DNA from: the human T2T-CHM13v2.0 reference genome, Homo sapiens
Direction: 5' to 3' (one strand)
Assembly: GCF_009914755.1 (NCBI RefSeq)
Contig: NC_060947.1
DNA: 64,000 nucleotides
Part shown: positions 26,867-48,955 of the stretch, piece by piece
Numbering within the stretch: the first letter of the stretch is position 1
How the letters are laid out: every line of letters starts with the position of its first letter
Notes under the pieces: generated by a model
What the model saw: the letters and a program-made list of their open reading frames with translations, nothing else
The model's database searches: none
What the model was told of the DNA's origin: nothing
Made by a program: the position numbers and the translations under genes

Positions 26867-27910
26867 CTAGAAAAATACAAGGGTTAGCCACATTCAATCC
26901 ATCTCACATGTACTTTTTAACCCTATACAGGAACCATGGGTTCCCTAACTGCTGCAGATTAATTGTGACGCTGATCGTTCTTTCCACCCTCAAGTGTATG
27001 TTGCATAAAGCCCTTCTCTAGGCTCGTCCTCCTAACATCCACCATTGCCCTCCACTCCTCCAATGTAAATGCCACTCCAGTTTCCCAGGCTCTTTAAGCC
27101 TTATGGGGCCCTGGGAATTCTTCCCTTCAACTCAACTTTATCTTAATGGCTCCCTGTACATCACGACTGAGTTTTGTCTCACAAACAGCAATTACATTAC
27201 CAGTTCATCCAATCAACAAATACTTCACATAGCATTTCAATTTTGGATCTCTACTCCCTGATATCCTTGAAGTAAATCAAATAATCACAGATCCCACTGG
27301 ACGTGCCCTCCAGTCTGCTGTTAACAAGGCTGTGCAAAAGGAAATTAGGAGCCACATCAGTCAATTAAATTAACCTTCATTTACAGCCAATAATCCAAAC
27401 AGCCCTAAACTTTTGTGTAAAACCATCAAAACAAACTGGATTAAATAATCAAAGACTGTAATCTTTTTTTAAACCTCAAACTAGTGCCTCAAGGACTGTC
27501 TGTTTCCTCCATCGACACCTTCCCCTCCCCAAAGTAAAGCTACTCCCACAAATGGAGACATGGCAAAGGGCTCCTACGTCAGGTACCCAATAAACAAGTT
27601 CCCAGAAATCATTCTCCTTGACTCTTAAGAGACACCAGGAAGTCGCGGTTCAACTGGAATTCATTTCTACCACAAAAAAAGAAAATCTGCTGAGGAAGTT
27701 AACTTCAAATGGGGGCCAATTTTAGGTATCCATCAATGCCCTACAGCTATCAGCCAGACTTTTAATAACATGACAAAAAGTTACATGTAAGACAGAATCT
27801 CATCGAATTGTTAGCTAGATATTTCCAGGTATGAGATTTTAACTAATCAATACCCACCTCATTGCAAGCAGCACTCGTACTCAATGCAGGCCCTTAGAAC
27901 AAAGTAACTA

Positions 27911-28087
<177 letters not shown>

Positions 28088-28435
28088 CTACCTCATGCCG
28101 AGCAACAACCATAGCTCTCTACGAAACAAAAAGAACCCCCATGTGCCTCCCAGTTCTAATCCAACAAGGATTCTGAAGATTAAAGATCACGGCCAGATCT
28201 TCAATATTTCAAAACCCCATGACTGCATGTAAAATTTAAAAGTGAATCGAAATTTAGTTTTGAAAAGCGTTTCATGATTATTTGCATGTTTTTTATTTAA
28301 GTAAAAAACAGAGGGAAGGTCAGGCTTTGTTTCTGAGACTTGACAGATTACAAAGGTTAGAAAAATGATCAAGACAGTATTTGGATACCATAGGGCTGCC
28401 ATCAATATGCGTCTCCAGAGTATTTAAAACTTCTA

Positions 28436-28642
<207 letters not shown>

Positions 28643-29014
28643 TCACTGTTGGGATTCACTAAAGCACTCAAACCTACCTCCTAGTCCACCAGATCCACTA
28701 ACTGAACACCAAGACCGTCCATATTACACCCAACTTGGACTTTTACACAGGAGGTGTAAAAAGCATCCAAAACTATTTCATACCTTAAAGTTTTATAGCA
28801 TCTTCCCTGTCAGAGGACCAGGATCATTAAGAACATGAATCCTGAGTCCATGTAAATGTACTATGTGGTATGTGGAATAAATGAGGCACAAAAATATTAA
28901 ATCGATTGGAAGTGGAGGACAGCTAGATAGTATAGCTCCTTCAAGGGCAGAGGAAGCCAAGAATAGATATTCCTCCCCTAGCCTGGTCCCCAAATGAGTC
29001 CTGGGAGACACTTA

Positions 29015-29140
<126 letters not shown>

Positions 29141-30089
29141 TTAGATTGCAATGCTGTTAATCAGGTTTCAGAACAGCTTATAAAACCTAGTGTGAAACTA
29201 AACTCTTAGTTTAGTTTCATCTTCAGCAAAATGTGGACAATATTAAAGTATAGTGTTCCGATAAAACAGAAACAAACACAGTTATTTAACAAACACCGTG
29301 AGATCCATAAGCTGCAACAAGCCTTCTTATTGTAACAGAGAATATTCTTGGTTACTATGTTTCAGAACGTTTACTGATTACTATCTTTCAGAACCTTGCT
29401 AAAGTGTTTCCATGTTACTGTTTGAAACTGTATCTGCTTAGAGGTTAGGGTCTTTCAAGAACACCATACTAGTGAAACGCACAGCAACAGAAATGAGCCA
29501 GGAGTCTACCTGTGTTTCTAAAGTTTTCACAATTTATTACCGTCTGTTTTTGACACGTATGGAACAAGATTCTGACATCCGCACAAACACATGTGCTGCT
29601 CCTTCGTACACTAAAGCCAAAAGCTGACACCAATTTTACTTTAAAAAGAGTAAGGAAGCCTTTTTAATGCTGTGTCCAGATGCTTACCGGCCACGTATGG
29701 TAAAGTCAGGCCGTGCCAAAAAGGCAATGACAAAGAAAACCTTTCTCCGCCGGGCACCCCCAGCGCCCACCAACCTCGGGCTCGCAGTCTGAGCTCCTGG
29801 CCCAGCCGCGGCTCCGGCCCGGGAGGAAAAGCAGCTTCTCCCGGGATCAGGACGTATGGCCGGGTCAGAAACCGAGGCCTTCCCAACAGCAGCACCAGAT
29901 CTGCGCCTCCCCAACCCTAGGCCAGCGTTCGCCCTTCGCCCTGGAGCCCGTCCCGGCCTACCACGGAGGCCGTGATCCCTTCGCCTCTGCCCGGCCATCC
30001 CCAGTAGGAATCCCGAAACCTCGGGCAGCCCCGGCCGGGGGAGGATGGAGGCGGATACGTCCTAAGAGCTCGCTAACTAAACGGCTTAC

Positions 30090-30092
30090 CAT
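30090..30092 (-). CDS. RPS4X: RPS4X exon 1 coding part (ATG only); exon spans about 30090-30116
   Basis: Minus strand reads CCTCTTTCCTTGCCTAACGCAGCC-ATG|gtaagc; joins in frame to exon 2. Confidence 0.97.
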
Positions 30093-30104
30093 GGCTGCGT
30101 TAGG

Positions 30105-30131
30105 CAAGGAAAGAGGACCTCCGTCTTCCGG
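30105..30131 (-). promoter_or_regulatory. RPS4X: RPS4X TCT/5'TOP initiator with adjacent ETS/GABP site
   Basis: CCTCTTTCCTT pyrimidine tract at about 30106-30116 and CCGGAAG at 30125-30131; typical ribosomal-protein promoter. Confidence 0.88.
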
Positions 30132-30468
30132 TGCGCGTAGAAATTGGGGCTGGAGACTGCGCGCGCCGGATTTTCAGCTGCTCCGCCCAGCTCAGCCCTT
30201 TGCTGGCGCGCCGGGACTCTTTCTTGCCATCTGCTGGTGGGAGGTCAGAAGTCCCGAGTTGAGGAACCGCCGCGGAAAGAGGGTGTCTCCTAAGGGCGAT
30301 TTCCTCCCTCCCCTTTTTCCGCCCTTCCTCCTCCCATATTTGCTGAGCGCCTCTTGTGTGCCTTATTCTGTGCTAGGTGCTGGGAATACAAAGATGAGCT
30401 ACACAACATCCCTGGCCTCAAGGAGAGTTCAAAGTGAGCTTACTTCCAGTCTCACGTACAGATGATTC

Positions 30469-31006
<538 letters not shown>

Positions 31007-31194
31007 TTAGAAATCGTCTGGTTATATCTAACTAAAATGTAGATCTGATCCTGCTTCGAAACTGCCCTTGGCCCTCTGTTTCCTGCCGTAAGGGAGCAGG
31101 TCTGAACTTTATCTGGCTCCATTGCTCTCTCTCCCCAATCCCAAACTTCAAAGCTCAAGCCCCACCAAGCTAGTTTGTTCCGAGGGAGTCAGCT

Positions 31195-31497
31195 CTTTTT
31201 GTTTGTTTGTTTGGGAGACAGGGTCTCACTCTGTCACCCAGGCTGTAGTGCATGGCTCACTGCAGCCTCGACAGACAGCCCGGGCTCAAGCGATCCTCTC
31301 ACTTCAGCCCCCACGAGTAGCTGGGACAACAGGCGCACGCCACTGCACCCAACTAATTTTTTGTAGTTTTATTTTTTTGTAGAGACGGGGTTTCGCCATG
31401 TTACCTAGGCTGGTCTCAAACTCCTGGACTCAAGCGATCCGCCCGCCTCGACCTCCCAAAGTGCTGGGATTACAGGCCTGAGCCACTGCGCCTGGCT
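31195..31497 (-). mobile_element. AluJ
   Basis: Reverse dimer with AluJ-type ctcaagcgatcc. Confidence 0.85.
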
Positions 31498-33941
31498 AGA
31501 GTCAGCTCTTTCAAGACTGCTTGTGGACTCGATTCCTTAGCTTGGAACTGCCACAAACAGCCAAACCCCCTTCCTGGGTACCACCTAATCCCACACCTCA
31601 GCCTTGGAAATGCACAGTTCAAGTCCCTCTGGTTCTGTGGGCTCGTGGTCCCCTCAGTCAGGGTAAATCCCTCATTCTTGCCCCAGAGGCTTGTGTTCAA
31701 ACTTGGTGAGGGCACACAGCACATTAGGTAGCAAGGACAAATTTAGTTACCTGGCCTCCACCAAACTGAGCACCTCCAGGATGGAGCCTGCCCTAATTCA
31801 TCTGGGCAGGCCCCTTGCCACTGAACAGAGAGCTCGGCACTGTGTCCAGCACTTGATAAATACTTGTTGAATGAATAAACGGAGTCAGCATCCCACTTAT
31901 TGTGCCAAGTCCTACTGTACTATCCCTGAGAGCATCCAGCCTGTGCCTGAATTCTTCCCACCATGAGATCAAGCTCCTAACTCATGAGGTTCCATTTCAC
32001 AAGTCTCTATCTGTACCATCCACTTTACCCCTCAGCAGTCTGCAGAGGAGCAAGAGAGGGAAACATTGTTGGCTCTTCTCAAGCAGACAGTATTAACCAA
32101 GCAGACAGTATTAACTAAGAGGGCAGGAACTCCTCCTTGTCTAAAACTGGGATACAATCCACAATAAAGCATGTTATAAGTGATTATTGGAAAGGATCGA
32201 TTAATTGGAGGTGAGGAGTAGAGAGAAGGTGAAGGTGATGAGATAATGGAAGTTGGTTCTGAGGTTTTTAATCTGAGAGCACTGGGAAGATGGTGGTACA
32301 ATTAACAGAAATGGTGGAGAAGTTGCTGTGGGAGTGGGGGGATAACCATGTGCTTTCCAGCTAGAGAGGATAGGAGAAATGGCTGGTTAGAGCTGCAGAT
32401 CTCACTTAATCAAGATCACACAGCCCGTTTGGGGATGAGGGGACTTGTCTCTTGCCTCCCAGGTGAGTGGTTTGTTTTTATGCCATAGGTTATCAAAGGA
32501 CTTGAGGAAATCAAAGCATCTTTTTCAGTATATTTCTCTCTCTCAATTTGTATTTATGCACAAATGACATTCTAACAACAATAAAGGAAATTTGGAAAGA
32601 GCTAAGTAAATCGCAAACAGTACCTCCCCAAACACCCTAAACACATCATCTGTATTCATTTGTTCCTCTTCCTGTTCTCTTTCTGATCGGCTTGTGTGCA
32701 TGCATACTTTTACATAATTTTAGTCCTAGCATACAGACCATTTTGTATTCTGTTTTTATTATATTAGAAACACTTTCCAAGTTGCTGCATAATCCTCATA
32801 ATTACTACTTTAACAGCTGTATCATATTCCATTAAGTGGATGTCCCACAATTAATACAAGTTCTCTGTTGTTGGACATTTAGTTTTCTGTACTTTTTCTC
32901 TATTATGCGTGTTGCTACAGTGAACAGCTTTTTCCTTCAGTTGAATATTTTCCTTAGAATAAATCTATTCCTTCAACCAACACTTATTGAGTGCTTACTC
33001 TGTGTCAAGCTCTGCATTATGAACTGAGGATGCAGAGATTATTAAGATCTAGTTCTTGCTCTCAAGGAACAAATAATAATATGAGAAGCAGGCTGCGGGG
33101 GTGGGGAGGGAAAGCTAGGAGAAGCTTATCGGAGAAAAAAATGGTGGTGAAGCGGGTTGTAATACAGAGGGCAGCTAAATCTTTAGGATCTTGGACTTTA
33201 GCCTGTGGGTAGACAATGGAGAGCTGTTGAAAGATTTTAAGGAGGACAGAATCAGTGTTGTGCTTTAAAAAGATAACTCAAACTCCTCCACGTAGAATGG
33301 TTTGAAGGAAATGTGAGTGGCTTGGAGGACATGGGTCAGGTCTCTGTCAACAATACAAGCAAGAAACTGAAGGCTGCTGAGACCTAGATTTGTGACTCTG
33401 GGGCTGAGGAGGAGGGGGCTCAAAGACTCAAAAGACATTGCAGATGGAGTATTGGCAGGATCTGACTGGGAAATGATGAATGTGCAGGGGTGAGGGACAA
33501 CGAGGTAATTAGGATGACTCCCAGGTTTCTGGCTTGGTGACTCAGTGATGCATTCACCGGAACAAGGAGGAGGCAGAGGAGTGTGCTTGAGGAGAAGATG
33601 AGGAGATGAGTCTGAGACACAGGGCTGAGGGTGCGGGGGAACATCAGCCTGGAGATATCTTATAGACCCAGTCCTGAGCTCAGGCGCATGATCTGGGCTG
33701 GAGACTCAGATGTGGGAGAAGTGGTGCATCTGTGATTAATTCAGGGGAGTGGTTGGCAGTAACCCTTAGAAAGAGAGCACTGTGTCAAAGAGTCTGAATC
33801 CTTTTGTAGTAGCATATGTGTATTGCCAAAAAGCCTTTCTCGGAGGATTCTTGCAATTTTACTATACTCGTGCCAGCCTGGTAATCACCTATTTTTAACT
33901 TTTGCTAATGTAATTATTTTAATTTACACTAAAAAATCTCA

Positions 33942-34282
<341 letters not shown>

Positions 34283-35942
34283 TCATTCCATTTCCTCTTG
34301 TGTGAAGTATCTCTGGCCATTTATCTTTGGGGACATGTTTTTTGGGTAGATTTCCATGAATGCTTTATAAAATATAGACATTAATCCTTTGTCATACCAA
34401 TTGGTTATTTTCTTTTTGGTTGTACTTTTCAGTGTACAAACTTTCAGGATTTTATATAGCCAAATCTGTTGATCTTTTCTCTTGTAATCTCTTCTTGTTC
34501 CTTCAAAGCTTAGAAAGCTGCTATCAGTTCAAAGATCTATTAGATACTCAATTCTATTTAATAACATATATTTAATTTTTTATTAACTTGGGGTTGATAA
34601 AGATAAATAGAATAAATAGAAAAAAATTATATTTCCCCCCAAATGTTAGCTAACCGACATTCTTACTATAATATATTGAATGATCTTTCCTCTGTTGTTT
34701 TGTAAAAACCGCTTTAGCATATAATAAATGAAATCACAGAGTACATGGTTCTAGTTCTGTAAGTGTGGGAATGGGAGATGAGTCTTTGAAGAGAGAACTG
34801 AGACACACGTCCCCAGCATCCTGTCCCAGATTACTAAGGAGGATAGACGTGTATGAGCAGTTCATGGTAGTAGTGTTGGAATTACAGGCCTATGCCACTA
34901 CATCTAGCCTTAAACTTATTTTTAAAACAGCTTTACCAGCCAGGTGCGGTGGCTCATGCCAGTAATCTCAGAACTTTGGGAGGCTGAGGTGGGCAGATCG
35001 CTTGAGCCCAGGAGTTTGAAACCAGCCTGGGCAACATAGCAAGACCCCATGTCTACAAATAAAAATAAACAAAATTAGCCAGGCATGGTGGCCCACACCA
35101 GCAGTCCCAGCTACTCTGGAGGCTGAGGTGAGAGGATCAAAAAACAAAACAAACAAACCAAAACACAAGCTTTACTGAAAAATACTTGACATACAATAAA
35201 TAGTAAGTGTTTAAAGTACACAATTTGACAATTCTGATGCATGTATACACCCAAAGAAACCATCACAACTATGATAGTGAACATGTCTATCACCAACAAA
35301 AGTTTCCTCATGTGCCTTTGTAATCCCTCACTCCAGCCCCTCCCATCCCCACTCCTATTCCCAGGCAACTGCTGATCTGCTTTCTCTGACTATTGATGAG
35401 TTTGCATTTTTTAGATTTTTAAATAATAGAAATAAATAGAAATCAAACAGTATGTACTCATTTTGGTCTAGTGTCTTTCACTCAGCATAATTATTTTGAG
35501 GCTCATCTATGTTGTTGCGTGTATCAATAGTTTAGCTTCTTCTTTTTATTGCTGACTAGTACTCCATTGTATGGATAAACATTAATTATTTACCCATGAT
35601 AGACATGTGGGTTGTTTCCAGTTTGGGGCAATTACCACAATGCTGCTATGAATGTTCACATACGAGTATTTTTATGGACAATGTTTTCATTTCTCTCGGG
35701 CAAATAACTAAGAGTGGAATGGCTAGGTCATATGGTAGGTGCATATTTAACTTTTATAAAAATTGCCAAAATGTTTTTCAAAGTGGCTTGTGTCATGTTA
35801 CACTCCCATCAGCAGTGTATGAGAATTTCAGTCGCTCCACATCCTTGTCAACGCATATTAAGGCCCATCTTTAGAAAACATTTTTATTGTGATGAAATAT
35901 ACATAACATTTTTTTGAGGCCTGGTGCAGTGGCTCATGCCTA

Positions 35943-36263
<321 letters not shown>

Positions 36264-37141
36264 TTACATATACAATTCCTTGGCATTAAGCACATTCACA
36301 ATGCTGTGCAATCATCACCACTAGCCAGTTCCAGAATTTTTTTTATTTTCCCAAGCAGAAACTCAGTACCCATTAAAAAATAACTCCCCATTTCCCATAC
36401 CCTTAACCCCTGGTAACCTCTATTCAACTTTCTGTCTCCATGAATCTTCTCATTCTAAGTATCTCATATAGGAGGAATAATAAATATTTGTCCTTTTGTA
36501 TCTGGGTTGTTTCACTTATCAGAATATCTTCAAGGTTCATCTACATTGTAGCATGTATCAGAATTTCATTTTTATGTCTGTTAATATTCCATTGTATGCA
36601 TATGCCACATTTTGTGTATCCATGATCTGTTGATGTACACTTGGGTTGTTTCCATGTTTTGGCTATTGTGTATAATGCTGCTATGAATGTTGGTATACAA
36701 GTATCAATTTGAGTTTCTGCTTTCAATTCTTTTGGATATAAACCCAGAAGTGGAATTGCTGGATCATATGGTAATTGTATGCTTAAGTTTTTGAGGAACT
36801 GCCAGACTCAGTGGCTGCATTATTTCACATTTCCCCCAGCAATGCACAGGGTTCCGAATTTCTCCATGTGCTCACCAACACTTGTTATTTTCCATTTTTG
36901 TTTTTCATAATTGCCATACTAACGGGTATGAAATGGTATTGCATTGTGGTTTTGGTTTGTATTTCCCTAATGAATGATGTTGAGCATCTTTTCTTGTGTT
37001 TATTGGCCATTTATATTATACTTTCTTTGGAGAAATATCTATTAAAGTGCTTTGCCCATCTTTAAGCTGTTTCTTTTTAATTGGTGTTGTTGAGTTTTAG
37101 GAGTTCTTTATATATTCTGGACATTAATCCCTTATCAGATA

Positions 37142-37470
37142 TGATATGGTTTAGCTCTGTGTCCCCACCCAAATCTCATCTTGAATTATACTCCCGTAAT
37201 TCCCATGTGTTGTGGGAGGGTCTCAGTGGGAGATCATTTGAATCATGGGGGCAGATTCCCCCATACTGTTCTCGTGGTAGTGAATATGTCTCACGAGATC
37301 TGATGGTTTTATCAGGGGTTTCCGCTTTTGCATCTTCCTCATTTTTCCCTTGCCACCCGCCATGATTCTGAGGCCTCCCCAGCCATGTGGAACTCTAAGT
37401 CCAATTAAACCTCTTTTTCTTCCCAGTCTCAGGTATGTCTTTATCAGCAATGTGAAAATGGACTAATACA
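37142..37470 (+). mobile_element. THE1 (MaLR) solo LTR
   Basis: TGATATGGTTT...ACTAATACA, perfect 5-bp TSD AGATA. Confidence 0.92.
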
Positions 37471-37841
37471 AGATATTTGATTTGCAAATATTTTCTTCCA
37501 TTCTGTGGGTTTTTTTCCTCCACTCTCAAGTCCTTTGATGCACAAAAGTTTTACATTTTGATAACGCCCCATTTATCTTTTTCTTTTGTTGTCTGTGAAG
37601 GTCAGTCTTTGGCAATTTGAACACATACGTAGTACTATCTTATTGTGGTTATACTTTGCATTTCCTTCACGGCTAATAATGCTTAAAATATTTTCATGTG
37701 CTTTTTTTTTTTTCTCCTATGTATCTTCTTTGGTGAAATATCTGTTGAAATGATTTGCCCAGTTTTCAAAACTGGGCTGTTTATCTTCTTCTTATTGCAT
37801 TTGAGAGTTGTTTATATATTCTGGGTGCAAATCCTTTTTTT

Positions 37842-37942
37842 AAAAGGCTAGTCAAGTGAAGCAGTAAGAGTGGAGAAGGAACAAAGGAATCTGTAACTGG
37901 TTATGATCAATTAGTTGTGAATATCACTGCACTCGGACTACC
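37842..37942 (-). pseudogene. Y3 RNA (RNY3) retropseudogene
   Basis: Minus strand GGTAGTCCGAGTGCAGTG...ACAACTAATTGATCA...TTCACTTGACTAGCCTTTT, short A tail, flanking repeat GCAAATCCT at 37827 and 37949. Confidence 0.93.
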
Positions 37943-37968
37943 ATGGAAGCAAATCCTGTATCATGTGA

Positions 37969-38388
<420 letters not shown>

Positions 38389-39343
38389 TGATTTTGCTTT
38401 TGGCATGGTATGTAAGAAATCTTTGTCTAATCTAAAGTCACAGAGATCTCCTATAATTTCTTCTGGAAATTTAATAATTCTAGATTGTACATTTAGGTCT
38501 ACAATCCATTTTTGTGTTAACTTTTGTATATAATGATGGGTGTGGATAGAGGTTCATTTTATTATTTATGGATAATTGTTTTAGAATCATTGTTGAAAAG
38601 ACAGTTCACTTCTGACCATTTAATGATACTTCCTTATTATAGGAAAAATTCATTTTAATCGCATAAGTTGGAGATGAATATGTTCTTGTAAAATATAAAA
38701 TCATTTTTGACCACTTTCACAGCCGATCGTGCTTTCTCCTGCACGTCCTATCAGGTAACAACTCTAACAACATCCCTATGAAGTGAATCTTTCCGGATTT
38801 TTTTCTATGCATGGATATATGTATCCATATATACAATATTGTACATTTTAATTTGTTTAGATAGGATCACCCCATATGTATTATTCTGCAACTATGTTTT
38901 TGTTACATAATAGCACCTCTCAGAGATCTTTCCTTGTCAAAACATAGAGATCTACTTAATTCTGTTTAGCTGTTTCGTAGTACTGTATTCCATAGTACCA
39001 CTATATCTTACTTTGTTTTACCGTCTCCTTTTTAAAAACATTTTTATTTTTTTTGAGATGGAGTCTTGTTCTGTCACCTAGGCTGGAGTGCAGTGGCGCG
39101 ATCTTGGCTCACAGCAACCTCTGCCTCCTGGGTTCAAGCGATTCTCCTGCCTCAGCCTCCCCAGTAGCTCCTGGCTAATTTTTGTGTTTTAGTAGAGACA
39201 GGGTTTCACCATGTTGCCCAGGCTGGTCTCGAACTCCTGAGTTCAGGCAACCCACCTGCCTTGGACTCCCAGTGTTAGGATTACAGGCGTGAGCCACCGC
39301 ACCTGGCCCCATCTCCTTATTGATGGATATCTAGGTTATTTCC

Positions 39344-39645
39344 TTTTTTTTTTTTTTTTTTTTTTTGAGACGGAGTCTCCCTGTCGCCCAAGCTGGAGTG
39401 CAGTGGCGCGATCTCGGCTCACTGCAGGCTCCGCCCCCCGGGGTTCACGCCATTCTCCTGCCTCAGCCTCCCGAGTAGCTGGGGCTACAGGCGCCCGCTA
39501 CCTCGCCCGGCTAATTTTTTGTATTTTTAGTAGAGACAGGGTTTCACTGTGTTAGCCAGGATGGTCTCGATCTCCTGACCACGTGATCCACCCGCCTCCG
39601 CCTCCCAAAGTGCTGGGATTACAGGCGTGAGCCACCGCGCCCGGC
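39344..39645 (-). mobile_element. AluY, AluYe5-like variant
   Basis: GGGCGAGG, AACCCCGGGGGGCGGAGCCTGC and a 2-bp deletion near the 3' end. Confidence 0.75.
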
Positions 39646-39993
39646 CCTTTTTTTTCTACTATTATAAACAATGCTGAACATCTCTGAGTCTACTTTTGGT
39701 GCACATGTGCAAGTGTTTCTCTAGGTAGATACTGAAAAGTGAGATTTATGCAGCAAACACATTTATAACATTTTAATGCTAAGTGCTGTTTTTAAATGTT
39801 TTACGTATGTTCATTCATTTAATCTTCACAGCAACCTCATGGTTTTGTCCTTGAGGACAGATGAGGAAACTAAGGCGCAGAGAAGCAACTTGTCAGAGGT
39901 CACACAGCTAGTCAATAGCAAGGTCAGGATTTGAACCCAGATAGACAGGCTCTAGAGTGAAGTTTGCTGGGTTATAGGGCATAGGCATTTTAA

Positions 39994-40113
<120 letters not shown>

Positions 40114-40467
40114 TGAGTAGTTAGGATTACAGGCATGCACCCCATGCCTGGCTAATTTTTGTATTTTTAGTATAGACCGGGTTTTGCCATGTTGGCCAGA
40201 CTGATCTCGAACTCCTGACTGCAAGTGATCCACCTGTCTCTCTTCCCAAAGCGCTGGGATTACAGGCGTGAGCCACCGCGCCCGGCTGGCATTTTTAATT
40301 TTAAAGGACCTGCCAAATTGACCTCTAAAGAGGCTGTAATAAGTTGCACTCTCACGAGCAGTGTATGAGAGTATTAATTTCCCTTCACCCTCTCCAACAA
40401 TTTAATCTTTTAAAATAGCATTTTTTGTGGTTATTAATAACAATGTGTAATGACACTAATATTTTTG

Positions 40468-40500
40468 CACTTGATCTTAACCAAAAGGCTGAGAAGTGAT
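40468..40500 (-). pseudogene. 3'-truncated U2 snRNA retrocopy (U2 nt 1-33)
   Basis: ATCACTTCTCAGCCTTTTGGTTAAGATCAAGTG, 30/33 identical to the U2 5' end; perfect 15-bp TSD ACACTAATATTTTTG. Confidence 0.93.
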
Positions 40501-41189
40501 ACACTAATATTTTTGAACTCTTACTACATCCTAGCTAAAGTTTCTATGCTTTCTCTTTCATCTCACTTTGCTTTACTTTTCCTCATACTACAATCTGCTG
40601 ATATATATTAATTTCTATCTTTGTTTATTTCCTCTCTTACCCATTAGAATGTCAGCTCTATAAGAGCAAAGATTTTGGGCCAGGCACGAGGGCTCACATC
40701 TGTAATCCAGCACTTTGGGAGGCTGAGGCAGGAGGATTGTTTGAGTTCAGGAGTTCAAGACCAGCCTTGGCAACATGGTGAAACCTCATCTACACTAAAA
40801 ATACAAAAAATTAACCAGGCATGGCAGTGTGTGCCTGTAGTCCCTGCTACATTGGAGGCTGAAGTGAGAGGATCCCTTGAGCCTGTGAGGTTGAGGCTGC
40901 AGTGAGCCATGATTGCTCCAGCCTGGGTGACAGAGCAAGACCCTATCTCAAAAAAAAAAAAAAAAAAAGATTTTGTTTGTCTTGTTCACTGCTATCCTCG
41001 GCACCTGGAACTAAATGTTTATTGACTAACTGAATAAATGAATTTGAAAACCATTTTACACATGAGGAAATCAAGGCTCAGAGAGATTAAGCAACTCACC
41101 CAAAGTCACACTAGCACATGGTGGAGCTGAGTTTAGAAGCCAATGTAGTTCCAGGGCTTATTTGTGCTCTTAACCATTTAGTCTCCAGT

Positions 41190-41865
41190 TGATATGGTTT
41201 GGCTGTGTCACCACCCAAATCTCAACTTTAATTGTATCTTCCAGAATTCTCACATGTTGTGGGAGGGACCCAGGGGGAGGTAACTGAATCATGGGGGCCA
41301 GTCTTTCCCGTGCTATTCTCGTGATAGTGGGTAAGTTTCAGGAGATCCAATGGGTTTATCAGGGGTTTCTGCTTTTGCTTCTTCCTCATTTTCTCTTGCT
41401 GCTGCCATCTAAGAAGTGCCTTTTGCCTTCTGCCATGAATCTGAGGCCTCCCAAGCCATGTGTAACTGTAAGTCCAATTAAACCTCTTTTTCTTCCCAGT
41501 CTTGGGTATGCCTTTATTAGCAGCGTGAAAACGATCTAATAGGCCGGGCGCGGTGGCTCACGCCTGTAATCCCAGCACTTTGGGAGGCCGAGACGGGCGG
41601 ATCACGAGGTCAGGAGATCGAGACCATCCTGGCTAACACGGTGAAACCCTGTCTCTACTAAAAATACAAAGAATTAGCCGGGCGTGGTGGCGGGTGCCTG
41701 TAGTCCCAGCTACTCAGGAGGCAGAGGCAGGAGAATGGCGTGAACCCAGGAGGCAGAGCTTGCAGTGACCCGAGATCACGCCACTGCACACCAGCCTGGG
41801 CAACACAGTGAGACTCTGTCTCAAAAAAAAAAAAAAAAAAAAAAAAAAGGAACCGAACTAATACA
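41190..41865 (+). mobile_element. THE1A-like solo LTR with an AluY (41542-41848) inserted just inside its 3' end
   Basis: TGATATGG...AATACA, TSD CCAGT/CCTGT; Alu TSD GAAAACGATCTAATA/GGAACCGAACTAATA. Confidence 0.9.
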
Positions 41866-41869
41866 CCTG

Positions 41870-48480
<6,611 letters not shown>

Positions 48481-48955
48481 TGTAGGTTCTGGTCTACTTT
48501 AGTGGGCCAGTGACAGTTTAGTCATTGGCCAATGACAGTTTAGTTTTCTGAGCCCATGCAATGTTACTTTGGTCGGCTTGATTTTTCTGCTATTCCTGGG
48601 GTTTCTGCTCAATCCTTGCTGGTTCTGTCTACAGGGGCAGAAGGTCCTTCCTTCTTTGAGCTGCATATTTTTGGTGGGTGATCTTCCAGGGGAGAGAGTT
48701 GCTGAAGCCACTGTGTGTGAGTCTCCTTATGCCATTGGGTGGAGGGAAAGGAGACACAGGGCTTTGTTCCTGCTACCTATGCAGGCAAATTGGGTTGCCT
48801 GCTGGTACCCCAGTTCTGGAGGGAGCCACTGAGACAGCCCAGGACTTTGCTTGCTGCTACAAGTAGATTGGACCACTTTCTGGGGGCTTTAGTTGTGGAG
48901 CAGGGCTTAGATCTCCCCACTAGGTGTGTGTCTGGCTTCATCTTTCCCCGTCCTT

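Larger units (their letters stand above)
29680..30330. promoter_or_regulatory. RPS4X promoter CpG island
   Basis: Visibly GC- and CpG-dense non-repeat sequence around exon 1 and the 5' part of intron 1. Confidence 0.85.

Noticed and set aside
29684-29998. 104-aa ORF in RPS4X intron 1 as an alternative N-terminus
   Set aside because: Splicing at the 29688 donor would place it out of frame with exon 2; composition is typical of GC-rich noise
32080-32115. 18-bp perfect tandem duplication CAAGCAGACAGTATTAAC
   Set aside because: Ordinary micro-duplication with no sign of function
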